Below, piece after piece: positions 1 to 12,578 of a DNA stretch of 64,000 bases. The stretch is from Rhina ancylostomus. Lineage: Eukaryota. Numbering within the stretch: position 1 is the stretch's first letter; each line of letters opens with the position of its first letter. Where the stretch lies: contig JARFYF010000065.1 of NCBI GenBank assembly GCA_030265395.1, positions 16,022,365 through 16,086,364 of the forward strand, in the 5' to 3' direction. Under the pieces are notes generated by a model. It did not search any database. It saw nothing but the letters and a program-made list of their open reading frames with translations, and was not told the DNA's origin. The translations under genes were made by a program, and so were the position numbers.

Positions 1-253
1 TTTCTTACCTGCATCTACCTATCAACATCTTGTGCCCACCCCGCCTCCCCCCTTTTGTCCACCTATCGCTGCTCTGCTTTATCCTCCTATATATTGGGCT
101 TCCCCTTTTCCTATCTTCAGTCCTCAAGAAGGGTCCTGACCTGAAACATTGACCGCCTGCTTTTCTCCATAGATGCTGCCTGGCCTGCTGAGTTCCTCCA
201 GCGTCATCATGTTTTTCATTTAGATTCCAGCATCTGCAGTCCTTTGTCTCTCA
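1..253 (+). mobile_element. Penelope-like element 3' terminal region with degenerate hammerhead-like core
   Basis: Carries the agatgctgcctggcctgctgagttcctccagc...agattccagcatctgcagtc tail also seen after the GIY-YIG remnant at 13.7 kb; core-like motif at 118-155. Confidence 0.65.
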
Positions 254-2299
254 GAGATTGATTTAATAGTTTTATCTGTATCCCTGAACGATAGCTCATT
301 TATGGTGCCCAGCAGAATGCATCATTGGAGATTCCTTGCTGTTGCTGCTACCTTGTTCTAGACGCTTTGCATGCATTCCATTGTATCAAGCACATTGTCA
401 TCTTTTTGTTCTGATCATATTTATGTCCTTGCACACATCCAGTTGTATGCAGCTCGCAATTTCTTTTTCGTGAGAAGCAGCCACAATGTCTCTGAAAGTA
501 CTGTGCCCTCTCCAGGGCATGATGGGAGAGAAAAGACATTTTGAGTGAAGGTCCTTTGATCCTTTAGTGTTCAGTAGCATAGTAATCAGACCATAATGGA
601 AAACCTCTGCTCTGTCAAAGAGGTGGAAAGGGAAGGATTGGAGTTGGAAGGAGGATCAGACAAACTGAAGGGGAGGGTAGTGAGAATAGAACAGACGACT
701 GAAGGAATGATGCTTTGTGAGCACAAGAGGGTGAACTGAATTGTGACTGTGAAACCCCAGTTTATTGGTTAGGTATTGATTATTGAATACAGGGTGGGCT
801 TGGCAATTAAAACTTGGGATGAACATGCCAACTAAGTTCCAATCTAAATTTTATCCATCAAAGCCAGGTGCAATTTGAACATAGTCTGTACTCTTCATCA
901 TCTTCTAAACCCTGATCAAACCTCCCTTGAGTGTTCACTACTCTGAAGTCCAGAATCCTAGCTCCTTCACTCTTTCTTAAGAACCAAGAAGCCACGAGGA
1001 GGTTCATCCTCTGGACAGTCATGCATCTAAGGCAGGTTGGAGGTGGAAGATTAGGAAGATGGACACATGGTCAATATCACATGGGGACATTCTGCATCCT
1101 ATAAACAAGTAAACAATCAGAATCTGGCTCATTGAGCAAAGTTTTTGTTTTAGGTGCTTCCAAATTGCAACATACAAAAGAGTTTCCTCACCAATTTTAT
1201 ATTCAACCTCATTTGTATATCCATCAAATACAATCTGCCCAGGACCTGCGAATCATGTGTGATAGAAGTAATTACTTTTTACATTAAAGGATGTTATTTA
1301 ATGTGTTTAAAGAAGTTTGATTGTTAATACAGCTGAAAATTGGTTTATCATTAAAATAATGTAATTTTACCAATGTCATTTACCAATCTGATTTTAAATA
1401 ACTGGAAATAATACTTAAACAACAGAAAACCAGTTTCTAGTTACTTTGTACACTAATCTGTTTGGTAATCCATTTTAAACTACATTCAAAAGGTTTTGAA
1501 ATGTGCCAGCAAATATCCCTATATCAAAAAAAAATTGGTTTAATTTTAAGCATCTCCTCAAGGCCCACAAATGGGAACAATTAGCAGACACCCCCCCCAG
1601 GGTGATGAATTAAATTAGGAGATGTGACCAATTTTGTGGGTGGAACCACTTCCAGTGTGACATCTCTTTACTCAGCACAAAAGATCACGCTTTAAGTTTC
1701 TGCAGTCTTTTATGCTAGTATTTGGCTACATTCTGATTAGAAAAGAAACTTGATCTAGTGGAAACTGCATTCATCCTGCCTCTTGTAATAATTAGTCTGT
1801 TTAATTGACTCCCCGTCTTTGGAAAATTTAAGATTTCTGCAGACTCTGGGAATTACCAGTGGTGGTTTGCAAAACGAACACGTGAATTTTCACTTATTAA
1901 CATCCTAGAGCCCAGCAATTCCTTGATATACAAACATTACTTTTTGAATAATTAACTCTTTGGGATATATCTTTTGATTTACAAAGCTATTTTTCACAAG
2001 AACGAATTGCACACCATTTTACACACAGAAGAATGCTCTGTGCCAAAAAGCCCATGTTGCCTTTTGCCCAATCTTCAATTTACAAAATATCATTTTATGA
2101 AATATTTTCTAGGAATCCATCACTTTCATAAATCAAAGAATAATTGCAGTCAAATTTGTTGGATTGGAATTAATATCATTTGAGCAAGGTCACTTGGAGA
2201 TTTTTGAGGGTTTTTCAAGATTTCTCTCGACGGCCTGCAAGAACATGAAGCACAGTGAAGGGTTTTACAAAATTGTCTACATAGTTCGAGGGTGACCTA

Positions 2300-2640
2300 C
2301 TTCCACTCCAGTTCTGAGGAGACTAATGAGGCCACTGTGGGCCCTGCCAGTGGTTCCCCAGGTGGGGCAGGAGGTGGCTGGTGGAGTGGGTACGTGAGTA
2401 GTTTGTGAGGTGGTCCTCTCCTCCTGCTTACGCAGGGCCTCTGGATGCTGCTGATACATGAGCTCCAGGCTCTCAATACCATCTGTAATGCTTCTCCACT
2501 CTGAGTAGCCATGGGCTGGAGATTCCTGGAAGGTTGTATTTCAAGAAAGCTATGAGCACATCCTTGAATCTTTTTCTGTCTGCATAGTAACCTCTTCTCA
2601 TCACAGACTTAAGAATAAAATGTCTGTTCATGGAGCTGTT
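2300..2640 (-). mobile_element. Decayed RTE-clade LINE 3' fragment
   Basis: Minus strand reads approximately RQKKIQGCAHSFL (frameshifted), resembling the recalled RTE RT C-terminal GGQRKRFKDVLKASLK motif. Confidence 0.45.
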
Positions 2641-2669
2641 TGCAAAACTTTATCCATGACCTTTGATTT

Positions 2670-5463
2670 TGTGTAGACAAAATAGCAGTGAAATGCTGTT
2701 CCTACAAGATGCGAGAAGTCAGGGAACCTCGTGGTCTCCCTGATGACTACATCTGTGGGAAGTGCACCAGCTGCAGCTCCTGACAGACCAGCTCAAGGAA
2801 CTGGAAATGCAGGTGGATGTACTCAGGATCATCCAGGAGGTTGAGGATATCATAGATGAGAGTTTTAATAAGGTAGTCAAACCTAAGGTGCAGGCTACAG
2901 ATAGATGGGTAACTGCCAGGAGAAGTGAGGGGAGTAGGCACACAGTGCAGTGTTCCCCTGTGACCGTTCTCCTCAGTAACAGGATACTGTTTGGGGAGGT
3001 GGGGTGTGGATGACTTTTCAAAGGCCAGCAGGAGCCAGGTTAGTGGCACTTTGCCTGGCTCTGAGGCAAAAAAGGGAAGGATGAAGTCAGGCAGAGTGAT
3101 AGTGATAGGGGTCTCAATAGTGAAGGGCACAGATAGGCATTTCTGTGGCCACAATCGAGACTCCAGGATGGTGTGTTGCCGCACCAGGGTGTGTTGTTTC
3201 CCTGGTGCCAGGGTCAAGGATGTCTTGTAGTGGGTACAGGACATTCTGAGAGGGGAGGGTGAGCAGCCAGTGGTCGTGGTCCATATAGGTACCAATAGCA
3301 GGGATGAAGTCCTGCAAAGGGATTTTAGGGATCTAGGAAGTTAAAAAGCAGGACTTCCAGTGTTGTAATCTCAGGATTACTGCCATGCCACGTGTTAGTG
3401 AAGTGAGAAATAGGTACATAGTGCAGTTTAATATGCGGCTAAGGAGCTGGTGCATGAGGGAGGGCTTCAGATTTATGGACAATTGGGCTCTCTTCCAGAG
3501 CAGGTGGGATCTGTACAAAATGGACAGTTTATATCTGAACTGGGAGGTTTACTAATGCTACGTGGGAGAGTTTAAACTAGTGTGGCAGAGGGATGGGAAC
3601 CTCAGCAGCAGGGCAACAGGTGGTAGGGCTGAGGGCAAGAAAGATGGTATTACAAGTAAGGCTGAAAGGAAGAACAGCAAGGGGCAGGCCAATAAACATG
3701 GTGGGACTGATTGGCTGACATGTGTTTATTCCAACACTAGAAGTATTATGAGTATGAACTTGGAGTCTGGATCAGTACATGGAATTATGATGTTGTTACC
3801 ATTACAGAGACCTCGTTGCATGAGGGACAGGACTGGCAGCTGGGGCTTTGACAAAGATCTTTGTGTCCTCACTCGCAACAGGCGAGGCCCCAGAAGAGTC
3901 AAGAGTAGAAAATGGTGTGCCTTTGTTCAAGAAAGGAAATAGGGATAATCCAGGTACCCATAGGCCAGTGAGCCTCACACCAGTGGTAGGGAAGCTATTG
4001 GAGTGGATATAGAGGGATAGGGTTTATGTATATTTGGAAAGGCATGGCCTGCCTCGAGGCAGTGAGCATGACTTTGTGTGGGGCAGATCATGCCTTACAA
4101 ACTTGATGGAGTTTTTTGAGGGGGGGACAAGGGAGTTTGATGAGGGTAAGGCAGTTGGACATTATCTACATGGACTTCAGTAAGGCATTTGATAAGGTCT
4201 GTCATGGTAGGTTGATTCAGAAGATAAAAGTGCATGGGATCCAGGGTGAATTGCAAGTTTGGATTCAGAAGTGGCTTGCCCATAGAAGGCAAAGAGTAGG
4301 GTAGAAGGCTGTTTGGCTGGAGGTCTGTGACCAGTAGTGCTAGGACCTTTGTTGTTTCTGATATATTTCAATAATTTGGATGAAAATGTAGATGGATGGA
4401 TTAGCAAGTTTACAGGTGACACCAGGATTGATGGAGTTGAGGACAGTGTAAATAAAGGACTATCAAAGAATACAGTGGGATATAGATCAGTTACAGATAT
4501 GGGCAGAAAAGTGCCAGATGGAGTTTAATCCTAGCAAGTGTGAGCTGTTGCACTTTGGGAGGTCAAATGAAAGGAGAAAGTATACAGTTAATGATAGGCC
4601 CCTTAATAGCATTGAAGTACAGAGGGATCTTGGGGTCCAAGTCCATAGTTTACTGAAAGTAGCGACACGTGGATAAGGTTGTAAAGAAGGCATATGGCAT
4701 GCTTGCCTTTATTGGTAAGGGCGTTGAGTATAAGAGTAAGGAGGTCATGCTGCAGCTGTATAAAACTTTAGTCAAACCTCAATTGGAGTAATGTGTGCAG
4801 TTCTGGTCGATTATTGGAAGGGTGTGGAGAGGGTGCAGGAGAGGTTCACCAGGATGCTGCCTGAATTAGACGATATGAACTATAAGGTTGAACAAACTTG
4901 GGTTGAGGGGAGACTTGATAGAGGTTTTTTAAAATTATGAGAGGCATAGATAAGGTAGACAGTCAGAATCTGTTCCCCAGGGTAGAAATGTCAAACACCA
5001 GAGGATNNNNNNNNNNNNNNNNNNNNNNNNNNNNNNNNNNNNNNNNNNNNNNNNNNNNNNNNNNNNNNNNNNNNNNNNNNNNNNNNNNNNNNNNNNNNNN
5101 NNNNNNTAAAATTATGAGAGGCATAGATAAGGTAGACAGTCAGAATCTGTTCCCCAGGGGAGAAATGTCAAACACCAGAGGATATGCTTTTAAGGTTAGA
5201 GGGGTGAAGTTTAAAGGCGATCTGAGGGGCAAGTTTTTTTACACAGAGAGTGGTAGGTGCCTGGAATAGGTTATGAGGGGTAGTAGTGGAAATAGGCAGT
5301 TTAGTGGAGTTTAAGGGGATTTTAGATAGACACATGAATATGAAGGGAATGGAGGAATATGGATGATGCACAGGAGGAACACATTTAGTATAAATTGGCA
5401 TCAAGATCAGCACAATATTGTGGGCCGAATGACCTGTCCAGTGCTGTACTGTTCTATGTTCTA
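2670..5463 (+). mobile_element. CR1-clade LINE, near full length, with internal deletion and multiple frameshifts/stops
   Basis: ORF1 remnants: Zn-finger/coiled region, SGNH-esterase-like VIVIGVSIVKGTDRHFCG...FPGARVKDV and VVVHIGTN. APE start LTCVYSNTRSI. RT motifs RPVSLTPVVGKLLE and DIIYMDFSKAFDKVCHGRL, LGPLLFLIYFNNLD. 3' tail gtgctgtactgttctatgttcta. Confidence 0.9.
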
Positions 5464-5753
5464 GTGTTTATATAACATGCCTTTCCAAGGCAGTTTCAAG
5501 TGATTGCTGCACTGTTGGAGGCACAGCCTGTTGGATGAGACATTAAATTCCTTACTCAACAGTACTGTGGCAGCACCTTCACCGGATGAATTTAAAGGCT
5601 TACCATCATGTTCTCGAGCAATTAGTGAGAGATAATAAATGCCAGCCTTGCTAATGATACTTATATCCCATAAAAGAGGTTATGAAAATATCTCTTGGCT
5701 GTGTGTTGATCTGATGTTTCACAGCTAATTAATGGTTAAAATTTCTTCTGTAG

Positions 5754-6050
5754 CACAAGCCACAATGGCTTCCACTAGCAGCACGGGTGCAGCAAGACCA
5801 ACCACAGTCACCACCACAACCACCACCAGGAAAGCCCCACTTACCACCATCGCCGTGGGTGCAATTAACCAGCTGGTCCCAGAGCAGCACCCCATCACTC
5901 CTAACGTCCCCTTCACGAGTCGGACACCTCTATCCAACCAGCTGCCTTCGCCGCAGAGGTACTGTGAACCGACTGAGACCAGGGGCATAAAGTGGCCATC
6001 GACACAGCAAGGTGTTCTAGTGGAGCGACCGTGCCCCAAGGGGACCAAAG
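5754..6050 (+). CDS. ADGRL1: Latrophilin-1 exon: Ser/Thr-rich linker and start of hormone-receptor (HormR) domain
   Basis: Acceptor tttcttctgtag|, donor AAAG|gtaggc; phase 1 to phase 1. Translates ...[16 protein letters not shown]...[30 protein letters not shown]. RxAPLTTxxVGAINQL matches recalled ADGRL1 rather than ADGRL2/3. Confidence 0.93.
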
Positions 6051-6752
6051 GTAGGCAGGCAGTTTTGGTAAATTGGAGAAGTGAATGACATACTGATTGG
6101 TGGCATAGCTTGGTGCTGCTTAGATCTGCTAATGTTCAGAAATCTATGAATAGGTAGTCTTCAGACTGATGGAACATGCACAATTCTTGCCTCGCTGCAC
6201 TGCCTGACATATGGTGCCTGACCTGAGTGCTGATTGGCTCCAGGTGCCCTAGCCCTGGCACTGTGTGCCCTGCCATACAGATCATCCACCATCTTAACCA
6301 AGTACTNNNNNNNNNNNNNNNNNNNNNNNNNNNNNNNNNNNNNNNNNNNNNNNNNNNNNNNNNNNNNNNNNNNNNNNNNNNNNNNNNNNNNNNNNNNNNN
6401 NNNNNNAAGTACTTCCCCCCCCCTTCACCCACCAGCGTACACTGCCTGTGGTACCCACTGTCTGTGGCATATAGTACAGCAATACATGCAGGCTTCTTTG
6501 TCAGCACTTCCTCCCAAACACCTGATCTCCACTGCCAGAAAAGCAAGGATCGTGGTTTGAGGGAATGCTTGGGCGCAGATAAAACGTAGCACCTAGTATT
6601 CATTGCCCAAGATTTAATCTTGGTCTTAATTCCTCCACTGATCAAGTAGTGTTCATCTAACCCATCAGTAAATGAGCACCAAGTTGGCAATGCTTCTGTA
6701 TAGCTACCTAAGAAGTCGCGATGTACCCGCTATAAGCATCTCTGTGTTGCAG

Positions 6753-6856
6753 GTATAGCCTCCTATCTCTGTTTGGTTTCACTCGGACTCTGGAGCCCAA
6801 GAGGACCTGATTTCAGCAACTGCACCTCACCCTGGGTAAACCAAGTAGCACAAAAG
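6753..6856 (+). CDS. ADGRL1: Latrophilin-1 exon: HormR domain C-terminal half
   Basis: tctgtgttgcag| ... AAG|gtaatt; encodes [35 protein letters not shown]; 104 nt, phase 1 to 0. Confidence 0.95.
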
Positions 6857-9340
6857 GTAATTACAGCTGAGCAGAGAGACATTTGCTACAAATGCTAAAA
6901 CTTAGTAGTTGAGTAAAAAGTAATTAAAGCCAGTAAATAACTATTGGGTTTCATTTCAAAAATCTGGAAAACAAAGTCAGGGAGGTTAGGGAAGTTATAT
7001 AATGCTCTGTTTTGTCCAGTGTTCTCTGCACTGCAGCAGGATGTGTTATTTGTGAAGTTTCAGCCCCGATTCATCAGAGGGTGACTGAGACTGAACAAGT
7101 TAAATTGTGGGGGTGGTTTGAATTGATAGGTCTTGTACTCTGTTGAAAAGACAAAGGGACAATGTAATTGATCCATTTGAGATGGTTATTGGAGAGGATG
7201 GAATAAATTGGGGGGAGGGGCAGGTAGTAAAATCCTACCTTCTAGTCAGAGAGTGCAGTGGCAGCCCTAAAATTTAGAACTAGGCCATTAATGTGTGATG
7301 TGAGGAAGCACCTCTTCAAACAGAGGAATGTGAGACTCCTTTTCCCCAAAGTGCTTTTGTATTAGGGGGTCAAATAAAACTGTCAAAATTTAGATTGGCA
7401 GAGTTTTATTGGGCAAGATTATTAACTGTTGGAGAACCGAGGGGAGGAGGCCAGGTTCAGATGTAGAATAACCAGTATCAGTCAGGCCTGTTCTTACAAA
7501 GGGAGAGAAACGTCATGATGTTAATATAGAGAAGGTTAGCTGGCCTGGTTGTTCTGATACATGCAAATTGCCAAGCATACTGCAGCCAGAAATATCGAGT
7601 CACCAAATGTCAGCTAAGCTAATGGAGTAATTTTGTATCATTATTTCTGGTTGATGTAAGTATTTTAAAGGAGAATAAATATTAGGTTTAAGCATTAACG
7701 TATTAACAAAACTTGGCTGATTATGGCCCTATGAATTAGTGGCCGGCAGTCTACTCCCTAAACTTACCACTACATTACAAAGGACTGTACTTTCTTACAC
7801 CCTCCTCAAGGAGAATCTGTTGCAGTTTCAGTCTCAACAATGAGACCTTGTGCCTTGTGGGGGGAGTAGCAGAACCAGCAACACTTGCAAAACCATTCAG
7901 AAAGGTTTATATAGCTGAGCCACCCACCTGGTTTCACTTGGCTATCAGTCTGAAGCAACTTGAATGTTTCTGACTTACAAAAGCATTCAAAAACTATTTT
8001 TAAAAAATCAGCCTATTAAAATTTGAAAATTTATTTTAAAAGTTTATTATTAAAACACCTTATATTTAAGTACATTTGAACAATCAAAAACAGTCTGAAA
8101 ATATACTAGGACCCGGGTTAAGTTTTGAAATGAACAACCAAATATATGGCAACTGGGGAATTTATATTAAACATTAAGTAAATGCGGAATGTAAAGTGAA
8201 ATTGGTCAAAGTGGCCATGAAGCCACCAGACTGCTGTTAAAATCCCACCTAGTTCCCTGTTGTATTTGAGGAAAGCAATTCTGCTATCCTGTCCTATATG
8301 TGACTCTGGACCTACCACTGTGGTTAACTCTTAACCTCAGCTTAGTTCTGGGGCAGTTAGGGGTGGACATTAAAGCCAGTATTGCCAACAGTATTCCAAA
8401 TCCTGCAGATGAATGTTTGCATTTTCAATGGAGGAACTCTCCTTGTTCCATCGAAAGTGAATTCACAGTTGTAAATTTGGGGGATTATGTAACTTTCACC
8501 TGCCCTGTTGGGGCAGTTCAGCCTGCAAGTGCAGTTGGGAATCTGCTGGCAAACAGCTCCCAGCAATTTCAGGACTTGCTCTGTGGAAATTCCACTCTTG
8601 GTTGAACTTGGTAAATGACAGTGAGTACGTGTGGAACTGCTGACATTTTGCCTCAAAATCCATCCAGTGTTTTGAAATCCAATTAATTGAAAAAGAAATA
8701 CTAAAGTGTGATTAATCTGCTGATGGGTAAGATAACCCAGTAACTCTGGTACTGGGTGAGAAAAGGAGAGGTCACAAGTCAAATGTCACCACACTGAGAG
8801 AAAGCAGGGGGAAGAAGAGGGGAACCTTCTTGCACAGTGTGCTGAGTAATCTCAATGTGGAATATACTTTGTATTTACTGGTATCAATGTAGCCATGTTG
8901 CAAGTTCCACCATGCTAGTCTTGACATTGCCAACAGTTTGCTTGGTTTCTTGTGAGCACTGCTGGTCCATTAGAAGAAGCTGCTTGTTCTTGGTGTTATG
9001 TAGCCACCTTAAATTTTTTTCCTCTTTGCTTTGTGATTGATGTAAATATTCATCAGGATGGTTATTGAACCAAGCTAACCAAATGGTCTCATTGGCTGAA
9101 GATTTCTATTGAATTTCCTTCCATACTGTAGCAGATACTGAGATTAAGATCTTGAGTTAGTAGGAGTTCAAGAGCTATTTGACATCTGGGTCTCAGATAT
9201 GGGCACAGAGTTACTGAGTCTGCTTGTTTCTGAAATATCCACAGACCTCGTAAGAGTTTGATGATTTTTTTTCTGGTGCTGACTTGCACCCCCTTGAATC
9301 TTTCTGTGCTGACTTGTGACACTTCACCATTACTCTGCAG

Positions 9341-9526
9341 ATTAAGAGTGGGGAGAATGCAGCCAATATCGCAAGCGAGCTTTCCCGACACACCAGAGGC
9401 CCCATCTATGCTGGTGATGTCAGCTCCTCAGTCAAGCTGATGGAGCAGCTACTGGATATCCTGGATGCTCAGCTGCAAGCTCTGAGACCCAGCGAGAAGG
9501 AGTCAGCAGGACGGAGTTACAACAAG
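9341..9526 (+). CDS. ADGRL1: Latrophilin-1 exon: GAIN subdomain A
   Basis: tactctgcag| ... AAG|gtttga; 186 nt encoding [62 protein letters not shown]. Confidence 0.96.
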
Positions 9527-10487
9527 GTTTGAATAACTTCTCTTCACGTTAATTCCGGTGCCAACTGGTATAATCAGCATGCTGAAGATCTAAGGGTCAG
9601 GACTGGGGAGAAGGTGAATCCAGACAGGGAGAGAAAATAGAGAGAGAAAGAGTGAAGGAGGAAAGACTAGAAGGGGGAAGGATGAAAAGCAATAGCAGAG
9701 AAAGGGATTGAGGGCCACTTATAACCTCACCAAAGGAAAATGGGTGGCAGTAGTTCAGCTACAGAATTAACTCCTCACTCCATCCTACTGGCTGTGCCTC
9801 CTCCCTTACTCTACTCCCATCTCGTCCCACTACACCACTCCCCATCCCTCATCTCTACACCCTACCTCAGCTGAGGATGTGGAAGAAGAATACAGATTCA
9901 TGTGAATGATCCTGAGGCTTGGGAGGGGCAGGGTATGGTTATTGTGAGGTCAAGTTGCATAAACATGGTTGTATCTGATTGAGATTGGAAGATGATTTAG
10001 AAGGGTAGGTTAAGAATTTATTGCTGATGGGTAGTGAATCCAGAACAAGAAAGGACTTCCTATTAAGATAACACTAGGCTTGTCAGGAAGCAATTTTTCC
10101 CACACAGTTTGGTGGCAATCTGGAAGTCTCTTCCCCAAGCACTGTGCCAGTTTGGTGCTTTCATTGTGTTTGATTTATATCAGTTAAAGAGTATAAAGAA
10201 TATGAAGACAAGGTAATGGATTAGGTGCAGATAAACCTTGGTCTGTTAAATGGCATAGCAGTGTTTAAAGGACTGAGTAACCTGCTGCTGTTCTTGTTTT
10301 AAGTGTCACAAATGAGACCTTAAAACAGAATTTCGAAGGAAAGAGAATCTGGTCAAAGAGTTAACATTGCAAGATGTTGTTTTATTTGGTAGTGGGACCT
10401 TGTGCCATGCATGCGTTAGGATGGGTGGCTTCTGAGGTTTAATGAAGTACATTCTGTTCCTTCTCTCCCTGCATGGAACGGGCACAG

Positions 10488-10526
10488 ATTCAAAAACGGG
10501 AGAGGACCTGCAGAGCATACATTGAG
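10488..10526 (+). CDS. ADGRL1: Latrophilin-1 39-nt exon in GAIN subdomain A
   Basis: ggcacag| ... GAG|gtacgt; encodes IQKRERTCRAYIE, homologous to the recalled latrophilin xxKRERTCxxYxx segment; phase 0 to 0. Confidence 0.92.
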
Positions 10527-10969
10527 GTACGTGAGCTTGCAAATTCGTCGGTGTTCAGCTCTGATTAATCTTTTTATCTCTTGTGCGGAAGATTTGAGCT
10601 TGGTTCCTTCTCTACTTTCTGTCTTTCCAGTAATGTGGCTCCCTTTACAATTCTACTTCTCCACTAAAAAGTTATCTTGACTCTTGAGTATTTGAAAGTG
10701 GTGAATGGAAGCTCATTTAATATAACCTAAAAAGGTACTTCAGAGATCATTGTGGGACCAGGCTGTGCTAGCATCCTCTCATGGGAAGGCCAGAGTCGGA
10801 TCTTCTGTACTTATGACTTTGTTTCCATAATGACAAGTGAATTGCATTATTTACTTAACAAAAAAAGCACATCAGAGATCTGTAATGGCTCAATGCATTG
10901 TCACCTCTGCGTAGGTCATTTATGGGTTAAAATTGCACTTGTCAATTCAAAATCCATACTTGTATATGA

Positions 10970-11230
10970 GTGCTGTGCTTAGGGAGCGCTGCATTGTCTG
11001 AGGTGCCATCTTCCAGAACAGGTGTTGAACAAAAGTCCCATCTGCCCTGTCAAATGGACACACAAGGCTCCACAACGATGTTTACACAGTGTTATCCCCA
11101 GGGCTCTGGCCAATATCACTAACGGTAAATTATCCCTTGTTATCACATCATTGTCGGTGAGAGGCTGATGTGTCAAAGTGGTCATTGCATTTCCCACAGC
11201 AGCTAAAGTATGTAATTTTCTGTAAAGCAG
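10970..11230 (+). mobile_element. Deu-domain SINE (SacSINE1/AmnSINE-like), decayed
   Basis: gggagcgctgcattgtctgaggtgccatctt...ctggccaatat...ttatcacat resembles the recalled DeuSINE consensus; similar copies near 19410-19730, 26790-26945 and 47660-47930. Confidence 0.55.
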
Positions 11231-11432
11231 CTTCTTATTCTCTCAAATATTTTTATAACTTTTGAAAAATGTTTATAGTAGATGAGAATCATTTCAATGC
11301 TCCTGTGACTTTTCTCTCCAATTTCGCTTGTGACAGTGAGCTTGGAGATCATTCACCATCTCAGAGACCCGAGGCCCATCCTGGAGGGTTAGCTACTCAA
11401 TCCTAATAAGTACGGCTGTGGTTTGCTTTCAG

Positions 11433-11616
11433 GCAGTGGTACAGACTGTGGATAACCTCCTGAGACCAGAAGCTCTGGAATCTTGGAAAGATATGAACAC
11501 AACAGAGCAAGTTCATACGGCAACCATGTTATTGGACATTTTGGAGGAGGGAGCATTCTTGCTGGCAGACAACCTGAAGGAGCCGGCAAGAGTCAATGCC
11601 ACCACTCAGAACGTTG
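11433..11616 (+). CDS. ADGRL1: Latrophilin-1 exon: GAIN domain
   Basis: tttgctttcag| ... G|gtgagt; encodes [61 protein letters not shown]. Confidence 0.96.
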
Positions 11617-12578
11617 GTGAGTATGCCCTAGCTGCTCAAAAGCTCCAGCTTCTCGGTTAGATACGTCCCTTAATTTGGATGTTTTGAGGACCTGACCTAC
11701 TTCCCAACTCTGTTATCAAACCAAAGGCTTCTAATGTGCTGCAGTCTAGATGTTGCCTGCAGTCCAGTAACTGTGTATGGTATTGATCCTGAAACCCAAT
11801 GACTCTGTCTGACATTGAGCCAAATGATTTTTTGATCTTGACTCCCCAGCTGAGATGCCATTTAACAGGAAGTCCCAGTGGCTCAGTGGGACTCTGTCAG
11901 TCTGCTCAGTTTATTTTCCTCCATCTATTCCTCAAGCTTCTTGAATAAGTCATTGTCACTTGATGCTCTTGCCTCCTTTTTCAAATTCCACCCCCCCCCC
12001 CCAGGCTAATACCAGGTTAATNNNNNNNNNNNNNNNNNNNNNNNNNNNNNNNNNNNNNNNNNNNNNNNNNNNNNNNNNNNNNNNNNNNNNNNNNNNNNNN
12101 NNNNNNNNNNNNNNNNNNNNNNNNNNNNNNNNNNNNNNNNNNNNNNNNNNNNNNNNNNNNNNNNNNNNNNNNNNNNNNNNNNNNNNNNNNNNNNNNNNNN
12201 NNNNNNNNNNNNNNNNNNNNNNNNNNNNNNNNNNNNNNNNNNNNNNNNNNNNNNNNNNNNNNNNNNNNNNNNNNNNNNNNNAGGTTAATTGGCCAGTGTA
12301 AATTACCCCTTGGTGTAAGTAAGTGGCAAAAAGAACCAAAGGGGTGTTGATGGTCACGCAATACAGGGGACACGTGGGGCTACAGGCAAAATCAGAGCAG
12401 TGCAACTGATGGGATTGCTCTGTCAGTAGCTAGTATGGACCAGATGGGCCAAATGGACAACAAAAGCCTCCAGTGACCAACTAATCCTACTTACGTATTC
12501 TGTCACATTTCCCCTGTCACTTGTTACCAGACCTGTCATCAGATTTCCTTCCTCCCGCTGCCCCTCTGTACCCCAGTC

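Noticed and set aside
5725-6048. 107-aa antisense ORF overlapping the linker exon
   Set aside because: Shadow of the Thr-rich sense exon, with no independent evidence.
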